A DNA stretch of 64,000 nt from Raja brachyura. Taxonomy: Eukaryota. The stretch spans positions 26,784,001 through 26,848,000 of the forward strand of contig OY740783.1 of assembly GCA_963514005.1 (NCBI GenBank), in the 5' to 3' direction. Of the stretch, positions 49,291 to 60,486 are shown in pieces. Within the stretch, counting starts at the first letter, position 1. Each line of letters opens with the position of its first letter. A program made the translations under genes and the position numbers. Under the pieces are notes generated by a model. It was given only the letters and a program-made list of their open reading frames with translations. It was not told where the DNA came from and made no database searches.

Positions 49291-50559
49291 GTTATATCTA
49301 GACTCTACAGATCTTGCATTTAACCCTTGACTAATGTCTTCATAGTAATTTTTACCATGGCAGACCCATGGAACAAATTGCCTGACCTGTGATATAAACA
49401 TGCATGCTGTAACTGTACAGGGGTTGACATCAGTTTAGTTGAAACTCTATTCTGTGAGAGGAGCGGATCTTTATTAGGTTAGCAAAAAAAACTACTTGAA
49501 GTTTTAAATGTGACCGTGGAGTTATTATTCTTTATTCCGTAACTTATCTTAACTTTCCAAGAATCATAACATTTCCTTTTTATTTTAGTTTCATGGCAAA
49601 TGGATGACTTTTAACAACAAATTACAATTTGGGACCACACAGTTGTGAAAACTATCCTCTTACATCTCTCAACGAACAAAAATTGCAACAGTCAATAAAA
49701 CTGCAGCAGAAGCCTGTACATTTCCAATAAATACCTTCCAGACATGCAACTCTGAATTGTTATACCATCTCCCAACTGGCAGGATTACATTTCTGAGACA
49801 CTCCTAAAGCATGCAGATACCATTTTCACAGGTTTTAGTAAGGGCTTGGACTTTGTAACCCAGGAATTTGTGTGAGGCCATGGGGGAAGGCTAGCTCTAG
49901 CATCAAGTGATCTGAAAGCATGCAAGTTGGCTTTGTGTTCTGCCAGCGCTCAGCATTTTACACGCTAACACGTGGCTACATCATTACTATCAGCAATTTT
50001 ACTTATCCAAGCTATCCACACCTGTCAGCAACTTTGCACCTGTTGTCTGGTGAAGATTACTTGACAACAGCCAATCGGATCTGATCGTGCAGCTACATAG
50101 CCATAGATGGCTCTCAGTCTGTGATGTCTCCAATAACATCCACTGTTAATCTCTAGAGAACTTGATCTACAGCTTCGTCATTCAAACATTGTAAAATAAA
50201 ACATGCCTCTTGCCTATAAATTTAATTGCGATCCCTTGCTTTAGTTCTGATAACACACTACATTGTTATCCTTTTTTCACTCCTATTGACGAATGCTTTC
50301 AAATCTGTATGACAATGCACTTCTCAAAAAACATTTTTTTTGCCGCACAGGAAACTATTTTTTCCTAAACATGATTACAGATTGGAATTAGTGCAATTCA
50401 TAGCATTATATCATATTATCTATTTATAATAAGAGACAGAAGATTCAATTATTTAACTTTTGAACATAAATAGCACTGCGTCAAAGGCCCGACATCATCA
50501 ATTGGGTTTGCTTGTAACCTGCCTCTGAATAGAACCTGCATTAAGAACCGGCTATTTTA

Positions 50560-50790
50560 AAACAAGACTTGCATTTGTTTTACACCATATCATATTATTT
50601 GGAAATATCGCAAAGCAATGAACTACTTTGAAGTGTAGTTTCTTAAAAGTCAATACAGTAGCCATATTGCACATATCAAGATTCCTCAACAGCGATGAGC
50701 GCAGCTATTCTATTTCTGATGTTTAAGAGGGAAATACTGGGCAGGACAACTTTGCTCTTCGAACATATCATGAAATTATTAATATTTGTC
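50560..50790 (-). mobile_element. Degenerate Deu-domain SINE fragment
   Basis: Inverse of the 30665-31205 family (aagacttgcattt...caatgaactactttgaagtgtagt...gagggaaatactgggcaggaca). Confidence 0.55.
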
Positions 50791-50964
50791 TGAAGCACTA
50801 AAGCAGGTCAAAAGAGCAGCCCAGAATAATTGAATGCTGCTTATTCACCTTATTACATGACATTGCTTTTTGGCTGGCCTTGTAAATCTAAATATACTTT
50901 AAAATAAAATAAACAACTTTGGTCAGAGATAAGAAATAGATTTATTTAAAGAATACAAATGTTT

Positions 50965-51535
50965 GCATTGGTTCACACATCTGGAGTATTGTGTACAGTT
51001 TTGGTCTAATTTGAGGAAGGACATTCTTGTGTTTGAGGCAGTGCAGTGTAGGTTCACGAGATTGATCTCTGGGATGGCGGGACTGTCATATGAGGAAAGA
51101 TTGAAAAGACTAGGCTTGTATTCACTGGAGTTTAGAAGGATGAAGGGGAATCTTATAGAAACATATAACATTATAAAAGGACTGGACAAGCTAGATGCAG
51201 GAAAAATGTTCCCAATGTTGGGCGAGTCCAGAACCAGGGGCCACCGTCTTAGAATAAAGGGAAGGTCATTTAAGACTGAGGTGAGAAAAAAACTTTTCAC
51301 CCACAGAGTTGTGAATTTATGGAATTCCCTGCCACAGAGGGCAGTGGAGGCCAAGTCACTGGATGGATTTAAGAGAGAGTTAGATAGAGCTCTAGGGGCT
51401 AGTGCAGTCAAGGGATATGGGGAGAAGGCAGGCACGGGTTATTGATAGGGGACAATCAGCCATGATCACAATGAATGGCGGTGCTGGCTCGAATGGCCGA
51501 ATGGCCTCGTCTTGCACCTATTTTCTATGTCTATG
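50965..51535 (+). mobile_element. CR1 LINE 3' fragment
   Basis: ORF 50963-51445 HLEYCVQFWSNLRKDI...FTHRVVNLWNSLPQRAVEA; tail ttttctatgtctatg. Same subfamily as 4388-4958. Confidence 0.93.
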
Positions 51536-51849
51536 TTATCCTGATGTCAAAATCATGTCTATTGAATTAAAATTAAGGAACCCTGCTGGGATACAAATTG
51601 TACTGCGTTATGGTAACATAGATCACTACAGTGTACAATCAAATATTTTGCTGAAGTGAAACCATGCTTTACTTAAAACCGGAAACAATATTCCCAATCC
51701 TGATGTAAATGTAAAGTTGGAATAAATTGCCATCTAATCCCAACAGTAATTTAAATTTAAATTTACTCAATCTCATCCTTCTCATGCACGGCCATTTATT
51801 TCTACTTTAATGGGTGGTTTGCTATTCCTGCACCGATTTACCTGGTGTA

Positions 51850-52090
51850 GAGCATAGAACAGACTCTACGGCCCACAATGTCTGAAATCTCATCTGCTTG
51901 AACATGATCCATATCTATCCATTCCCTGCATATCCATGTGCCTATCTAAAAGTCTCTTAAACACACTAAGATATCTGCTTCCACACCACCTTTGGTAGTG
52001 TGTTCCAGGAACCCACCAGCCAGTGTTTATAAAAAAAAACTTGCCCCACACCTTCCCCTTGAAACTTTGCCCCTCTTGCCTCAGATTTAA
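51850..52090 (-). mobile_element. CR1 3' tail fragment
   Basis: FKRLLDRHMDMQGMDRYG in minus ORF 51890-52168. Confidence 0.75.
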
Positions 52091-53029
52091 TGATATATTC
52101 TCCAGTATAGTTGTTGGAGAACTCAGGAACAATTTCTCCATTGCTGGGCTCCAAGCAGAGTCTATCAACAGATTAAAGCAAGGTTGCCACTAATGGATCT
52201 TTGCCAGCAAGTTCAAGACTTTTGCACTTATCCAGAAATCCTGAATTTGGTGACATTTATGGTGCAGGGAAGTAGTGTAAGTGCTATCAGTTCAGCATGG
52301 ATCCACCATCATTTCCCAAGATATGGTACAACAACCACCAACATGGCCCAATATTGCAAACCAAGAAAAGAGAGCGGTGAAGAAACTCAACGCAACATTT
52401 GTGGAGAGAATTTTCAAAATGTAGAACCAGGATTTAAATAAAATATTGCTCAGCAATATTTTCTGGGAATGTAAAAAGAAAAGCATTAGTGACTATGGAA
52501 TGGCTTTCTATATCTTTATGTGCATCAAGTAGCTAGATTTACAACAGCATTGACTATAGTGCAAACAACACTGCCCTTACTTGGATTTCTTCACGTTTGT
52601 AAAGTGGCATTTAGGAAAGGGATAGAAATTCAATTATTTTTAATGTGCCAGTGCCTAACCCAAGACAAGGGATAGCCCATCCTTTGCTGACGTTCCTCTT
52701 GATTAATGATCTCCTTTCTGTCTGTGAGGAAGTACCTGGTGTGTGTTTGGCAATTCAGTCATATGATCCAGTCAAGACAAATCTTCACAGTGATGGGGAA
52801 AGCTGAATCACATCACTCTATAACATTGTGCACTGTACACACACATACAACACTGCCATCAAAACAAACAACATCTAATCACAGAAAGGGATTTATTTCT
52901 GCATTACCGATTTATTTTCACAATAAATAAGTCATAATCTGCTCAATGAGAATGATACTAGCTGTTTTACTTTGGAAAAATTGTTCCAAACTGCTTACTT
53001 AAACACAAAATTTGAAGCATTTAATTCCA

Positions 53030-53985
53030 TATAAGCATATAACAATTACAGCACGGAAACAGGCCCTTTCGGCCCTTCCAGTCCGTGCCGAACATTTATT
53101 TTCTCCTAGTCCCATCTACCTGCACTCAGACCATACCCCTCCATTCCCTTCCATATACTTTACTTTTAAATGTTAAAATCGATCCTGCCTCCACCACTTC
53201 TGCAGGAAGATCATTCCACACAGCCACCCCTCTCTGAGTAAAGAAGTTCCCCCTCGTGTTACCCCTAAACTTCTGTCCCTTAATTCTCATGTCATGCCCT
53301 CTTGTTTGAATCTTCCCTACCCTCAATGGGAAAAGCTTATCCACGTCAACTCTGTCTATCCCTTTCATCATTTTAAAGACCTCAATCAATTCCCCCCTTA
53401 ACCTTCTGCGCTCCAAAGAATAAAGACCTAACTTGTTCAACCTTTCTCTGTAACTTAGTTGCTGGAACCCAGGCAACATTCTAGTAAATCTCCTCTGTAC
53501 TCTCTCTATTTTGTTGACATCCTTCCTATAATTAGGCGACCAAAATTGTACACCATACTCCAGAATTGGTCTCACCAATGCCTTGTACAATTTTAACATT
53601 ACTTCCCTACTCCTATATTCAATGCTCTGATTTATAAAGGCCAGCACACCAAAAGCTTTCTTTACCACCCTATCTACATGCGGTTCCACCTTCAGGGAAC
53701 TATGCACAGTTATTCCTAGATCCCTCTGTTCCACAGCATTCCTCAATTCCCTACCATTTACCATGTATGTCCTATTTTGATTTGTCCTGCCAAGATGTAG
53801 CACGTCACACTTATCAGCATTAAACTCCATCTGCCATCTTTCAGCCCACTCTTCCAAATGGCCCAAATCTCTCTGTAGACTTTGAAAATCTACTTCATTA
53901 TCCACAACACCACCTATCTTAGTACCATCTCCATACTTACTTATCCAAATTTCCACCCCATCATCTAGATCATTGATGTACATTC
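53030..53985 (-). mobile_element. CR1 LINE 3' fragment with a 285-codon open ORF2 C-terminus
   Basis: ORF 53126-53983 YINDLDDG...LQRDLGHLEEWAERWQMEFNADKC...LYKALVRPILEYGVQFWSP...FFTQRGVAVWNDLP. Confidence 0.95.
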
Positions 53986-54085
53986 ATAGTAGGAAATGTT
54001 TTTTATTGAAGATTTTGTTTTGCATTCATTTTAAGTGCATGATTTATGATAAATCACCACTCACATGATTGTGCAAAATCACCAA

Positions 54086-54382
54086 GGTGGTGCAGCGGTA
54101 GAGCTGTTGCCTCAATGTCAGAGACCCGGGTTCGATCCTAACTATGGGTGCTGTCTATACAGAGTTTGTATGTTTTCCCTGTGACTGCGTGGCTTTTCTC
54201 TGGGTGTTCCAGTTTCCTCCCACATTCCAAAGACATACAAGTTTGTAGGTTAATTGCCTTCTGTAAATTATAAATTGTACCTAGTATGAAGGAAAGTGGT
54301 AGTGTACGAGGTGATCACTGGTTGGCACGGACGCGGTGGACTCGAGGGCCTGTTTCCCCGCTGTATCGCTAAGTCTAAAGTC
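54086..54382 (+). mobile_element. tRNA-derived V-SINE (HE1-like)
   Basis: GGTGGTGCAGCGGT box A, GGTTCGATCC box B, V-core and CR1-like tail. Homologous to 1563-1870. Confidence 0.85.
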
Positions 54383-55814
54383 AAGAGATATCAACTAAAT
54401 CACAAAATGTGTACTTTTCTGCTTTATAAACGGCTCTCTCCGAATATTCAAAACCAGTAATCAGTATCTTAATCATTCAGTACATTTTGAAGCCCCTCAC
54501 ATCAAATTATCTTATGTCAAACCACCTTAATGTATGTCTTAAAATTCTAGATATAGAACGTACAAAATCTAATGAAAGGCATATTGAAATCCCCATGCAA
54601 AAACAAATGGAGAAATCATACAGAATAACAAGGCATCATATTTCAAATTATTTTCTGTCGCCAAACAGAGCAATTATTTGAGTTATTCTGTGTTCATAGA
54701 TGTGTAGCAGCCCTTTTCTTCCACTTTTCAGGCTGTTTCCATAAGAGAGTTTCTTTATATATAGACATGACATCAGCCTAACTCACAATTTCCTTTCCAT
54801 AGAACTGACTAAAGAGGATGGATGTTATCAATCACAGATATCTTACGTCATGAACATGATGTTAAGAAGCCAGAAACTGTCCAATAAGGCAGAAACAAAG
54901 CTGATCCCTATTAGCTCACACTGCCTATATGCTGACATGAAGCAACTAATCTGATGTCTAGTAGTGTTACAGTTATAGTAAGAATGTTTATATTACATCA
55001 GGAAATTTGCTCTGTGGGTGTCTCATGGTGAAAACAGCTATGATGACATTGGCCAGGGGTTAAATGCAAATCATGAATGAAGTTTACCCTGGAGATATTC
55101 AATTTTTGTTTTATTCGGTCTCAACGGATCACTAAATAGAACATAACAAAACTGCAGAGTATTTTAGCCCCATGAGGTAATCTGCACATTGAGTTGTCCT
55201 GCCCACAAAATGAATGGTTACAAAGAAGTAAACAACCATGTCTATTTGTGCATTGTGCAGGATTCAGAAAAACAGTTATTCTCTGCTGATGGGTGTTCCC
55301 TTGCATTTTCTGCAATGTTTAACTAATAAATGAACCTTTGAATGTCTAATCTAGTGTAATTCTGCTACACCATCGTATTTATCTAAAATTCTCCAAACAG
55401 AACAATGCTCATGTTATAGTATCTGATTAAGAACTGGATAAACTAGATAATGCAGAACGTCACTTGTCATTTAAAAAGCGTTATAAAGAAAAAATTCAAA
55501 AAAGAATTTAAGAAAACAAACTTTTTTGATGCGTTGTCATAAACACAGAGATTGTGCTGTTTCTTATTTAACTCCCTTGAGCCCTGAACAATAGTATTAC
55601 ATTTTTCCCACATGGGTCCACTTATCAGCCTAATGCCATGTGCCAAACTTAGTACAGCCATGTATTGTCCTACATATATGCATGCTCTGTAACTTTCAAC
55701 TCAAGATTTGTAGTTGTACATATTGCTTGCATGTTTGACCCTAAATGTGCATCTGGCTCATTTGATCCCACTTGTCGCTAAGTCTGCCCTTTCATGGCAA
55801 CCATTTCAAGCTAG

Positions 55815-56655
55815 CACACTGATGATACAAAAGTTAGTGGTGTGACAATACAAAAGTTAGTGGTTTTGCAGATAGTGAAGATGCTTGTGAATGATTGCAG
55901 CAGGATCTGGATCGAATAGCCAGGTGGGCGCAGGAATGGTTGATGGAATTTAATTCAGAGAAGTGTGAGGTGTTGCATTTTTGGATGTAGAACAAGGGCA
56001 GGACCTACACAGTAAATGGTAGGCCCTCTGGGTAGTGTTGTAGAGCAGAGGGATGCATGGTTCCTTGAAGGTCAAGTCGGAGGTTGATAAGGTGGTCAAA
56101 AAGGTGGCAACTTTGGTGAGATCGCATTTAGAATATTGGGTTCAGTTCTGGGCACGTTATAGGAAAGATATTGTCGTTTGAAAGGGTTCAGAAAAGATTT
56201 ACGAGGATGTTGCAAGGACTAGAGGGTGTGAGCTATAGGGAGAGGTTGAGTAGGCTGGGTCTCTATTCCATGGATGAGGGGAGATCTTATAGAGGTATAC
56301 AAAATCATGAGAGGAATAGATCAGGTAGATGCATAGAGTCTTTTGCCCAGAGTAGGGGAATCGAGGGCCAGAGGACATAGGTTCAAGGTGAAGGGGGAAA
56401 GATCTAACAGGAATCTGAGGGGTAACTTTTTCACACAAAGGGTGGTGGGTGTATGGAACAAGCTGCCAGAGGATGTAGTTGAGGCTGGAACTATCCCATC
56501 TTTTAAGAAACAGTTAGACCGGTCCATGGATACGACAGGTTTGGAGGGATATGGCCCAAACGCAGGCAAGTGAGACTAGTGTAGCCAGGACATTTATGGC
56601 CTGTGTGGGCGAGTTAGGCTGAAGGGCCTGTTTCCATAATGTATGACTCTTTGAC
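55815..56655 (+). mobile_element. CR1 LINE 3' fragment
   Basis: LQQDLDRIARWAQEWLMEFNSEKCEVLHF; ERVQKRFTRMLQGL; FFTQRVVGVWNKLP. A 17-bp tandem duplication lies at its 5' junction (55825-55864). Confidence 0.92.
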
Positions 56656-57589
56656 TGATAAAGAACATCCAGATTAACAGCCTGCAACATGCCAACCCTC
56701 TCATGATGATATTACATCACTCTATTTTGCTGACCACAGACAACACGTTACAGTACAGATGCTACTGGTGCACACTGTAAAACCTTTAGATTATTATTTT
56801 GGAAACTGCAATTGTAGTACACTGGTTTCACTTTCCCCTCAATTTCAAAAGATATTGTACCAAAAACATAAGAAAAACAATTAGAACCAGTTGAGAGCAA
56901 AATAAAATAGTCTAAACACTCCTAGGCAATAAAACTAGTCAGATGTTTGTGCAATCTAGTAACTGTTAAGGATTGGCTCCATTATATTGTTTACATGTTT
57001 CTTAATATTGCACTGAAAGTGTATACAACATATTAAATATATACGCAGCCTATTATATAGTTTAATATGGATATACTGTTAAAAATACAAATATTATCCA
57101 TAAACTAAAATATGCATTTCATATAAGAAGCAAAGTATACACATTTGTTGTTTTTGGGTCAGTTGGAGGCAGAAGAAACTCACTCTGCATTTTGTGGTTT
57201 GTGAATAGGTCCCAAGCAACGCATTTGCAGCCATGTGATCCATCCATTACTTACAAGCATGACACAAGCTAATTGAAAAATATATCACCTACTGCTTCCT
57301 AACATGAGGCAAGTATACATAGAACCTGACCCGTTGAATGTTCTAGTATTTTCAGTTTTTATTTGAGATCACTGGCATCTGCAGTTATTTTTTCTTTTCA
57401 GCTATTTTAACTTAGGCTAAGGAATGAACTTAAAGATATGTCTGGTATTGCTGCTCTGTAAACAATCAGACGTGCTGTAAACCATTTAACGGGCACAGTA
57501 ATTTTACCATCAGGGAGCCAATGATTGACATCACCCTTGGGACAAGGACAGGTATGGGAGGGATCAAGGTATCAATAACAGCTGAATGG

Positions 57590-58040
57590 CATTATAGTTA
57601 TTGAGCACATAAAGGCTTTTTGGCCCACTTGTCCATGCCCACTACGTTGACTAACTGAGCGAGTATCTCTTAAATATAACAATTGTACCCACTTTAGCCA
57701 CTTCCTCTGGCAACTAGTTCCATAAATGCACCGTCCTCTGGTTGAGAAAGTTTCCCTTCAGACCCTTTTTATTTTTTTTCTTCTCACTTGAATCCTATGC
57801 CCTCTAGTTTTATTCTGGGGAAAAATTTAATGGGGACATTAGGGAAAGTATTTCACGATGGATTGGTGGGTGTATGAAATGAGCTGCCAGAGAAAGTGGT
57901 TGGGGCAGATTTTTGGACAGTTTCATGGATAGGAAAGCTTTCCAGGGCTATAGGTAAATGGGACTAGCTCAGAAAGAACATTATGGTCAGCATGAACATG
58001 TTGGGCCGAAGGGTGCTTTTTCCAAGCTGTATAATTCTAT
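57590..58040. mobile_element. Two CR1 3' tails in opposite orientation joined at ~57815
   Basis: 57590-57815 reads as a minus-strand CR1 3' end, and 57815-58040 as a plus-strand CR1 3' end (gagctgccagagaaagtggt...gggccgaaggg). Confidence 0.6.
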
Positions 58041-60409
58041 AACTGCAATGATTTTTAACATAAATTCTAAAACAATTGGTGTTGAAAATAACTGTAGAGA
58101 TTATAATGGCTGAGCACCTCCTGCCTTCAAACATTTGTCTCTCAAATAACACTGTTGGACAGTAACCATCTGCAAAAATCAAGCTGATCTTTCCTCCACC
58201 ACCATCGCTCCTCTTACTAAACATTTCCATCTGCAGAAATTTTGATTACAATGCTTGATTGAAGAAGTATTAACATTTATGAGGAGCAAGGGGAAAATGA
58301 TGTACACAGGCAGAAAGAGATAACAAAAGAGCAAATAATACAAAATATCTCAGTTATTCTGAAGATTATCAGCTGCAAAACACAACACTGCAATACAAAT
58401 AAATTGATAGTGGAAAATCAAAATGTATCTCACAGAAGCCAATTGCTCTTTTTTTTTGACGATACTAAATATATCATATGCAGGTCTCATGACAAGAGGA
58501 AACAATATTGGAATTCATTCCTCAATAGTTACAAATACACCACGCTGGCACAATAAAATCCAGTGTACGGGATAAAGAAATTGCTTGAGGTCTATTTCAT
58601 TACAAAGAGCAGCAGGGGGCAAAAGCTGGAGGAACAAATACTTTAGATGGCTTTGGAAAGAGACAAGTGGAGCTCAGGCAAACAGACATAAGGACCGCTG
58701 TTCTCTCCATGATGCTTCTCATCAATTATTGACTTTGTCACTTAAATCCTATCATAAATGGCCCACTGAAAGAATTTGCAAACATATTGATACATCTGTC
58801 GCACAAAACTACAGTGTTATTTGCATAGTCATCACCACAATCTGTAAAGATATTTCATTTTTTACATTTTGATATATGAATAAACAAGTGTTCAGCCGTA
58901 CATGTGTTTCTTAATCCATTCCACATGTAACAAAAAATGTTGAGAAGTTTTCACTTCTTCATTGGCTCTAATCCACCTCATACCAATTTCAAAAGGTCAG
59001 TATTTTCTTCAAACACTATCCACTGGTTACTTGATTATTTAGCAACAGTACTGAATTTCTGTATTTCCTTGAAAAAAAATTAAGATTACAAAGAGGAAAA
59101 TTATTAATGTAATCAAAATAATGCTTCTTCATGCTATGGAACTTGAAAATATAGTGGTTGAAGATTGCTCCCAGCCACTTGTGCTTACCACATGATATAG
59201 TAACAGATTGACTGCTGTCTCCCTCTAAAATTGAAATGTTTGGAAATAAAATGCAATGACTACCTTAACACACATTTAGAGATCAAGTGACCAAGGATGA
59301 ATTTCTACTGCACTGTCAAGAATTTAGGGTATGATTTAGGGTATGCAATTACCTTTAATTAACCCATCTTTAACAAATTACTTTGTATTCTATTCGTACT
59401 CTATTTTGATGAGTCATTAAACAGAAGCACGAGGAACATCAGCAGACTGGAAAAAATAAAATGTAGTACAGAAAAAAACCTCAACAATGGCAAGATATTG
59501 TTCTGTATTATTTAAGTTGTAGTTAATTCCCTTCTCATAAATAGACTCCTTGACGCTTTTACTAAAAATGTAAGACATCCATTTGTTTAATATCTTTCTG
59601 TATGTAAACATGTTAAGAAATCGCAGCAAAAAGATGTACATCATGTGGTTTAATTGCCCAATGAATTAATCTAATACAAGGAAAAGCCGAGTACTAAAAT
59701 GATCCCTGGTGTTGTAAAAGCCTCTATACATGTGCATCTTTAAGATCCTTCTTACATTTTCCAGATGCTTTTCAAAAAAGAATGAATAAATAAAAAGTAG
59801 CGGAGGCTAGTTATACCAATAACGGAAGCAAGAGAGAACTAGGAATAAATAAATGAACTATGTCCTTAATTGCTTAAAATACCAAGAGTGAAGCCATTGT
59901 GTCAGTAGTAATGCGAGGGTGGATTATCCATTTACAAAGCAATGATTTTCATTTTCAATTATTTCCTTCTGTTTCAAAGTTTATAATTAGTGACATAATT
60001 GGAAGTTTAATCATTGATTCTAAGCTTGAGAAAAACATTTATGATTGTTTTGCAGGAATTGTGTTTTTTTGCTTGTACATGCATAATGGGAAACGGCTAT
60101 TCAATTGCACAGAGTACAGTTCGTTTTTATATGACTTTAAGCTGAACATAAATCTCGTGTGCAGGAACTATGCAGTATTTGTTTTTATCTATTGCCCTTT
60201 CTGAAGCGAAAATCTGTCTTTCACTGCTGTTCTGTTAAATGAAAGAAAGAGAAAAAAAATTGTATCCTTGGGCTAAAAAGACTTGTTGGCACCCAGAAGT
60301 CTGAAGAGTGGTGTTGGAGTCTGTGGTTTATTTCAAGGACACTTTATCATTGCCTATGTTCTCAGAGGAATCGTTGAATGAATAGAGCAGGATCAGAGAA
60401 ACTGCTAGT

Positions 60410-60486
60410 CCACGCCCATTCCTTTCCATTCTCCTTGGCAAGGCACAGAGCTCACTATTTTTAGCTGCACCAGATCCTATTTTTAG
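60410..60486. promoter_or_regulatory. Candidate enhancer core: KLF/Sp + M-CAT + two perfect MEF2 sites
   Basis: CCACGCCC 60410-60417; CATTCCT 60417-60423; CTATTTTTAG at 60455-60464 and 60477-60486. TE-poor surroundings. Confidence 0.55.
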
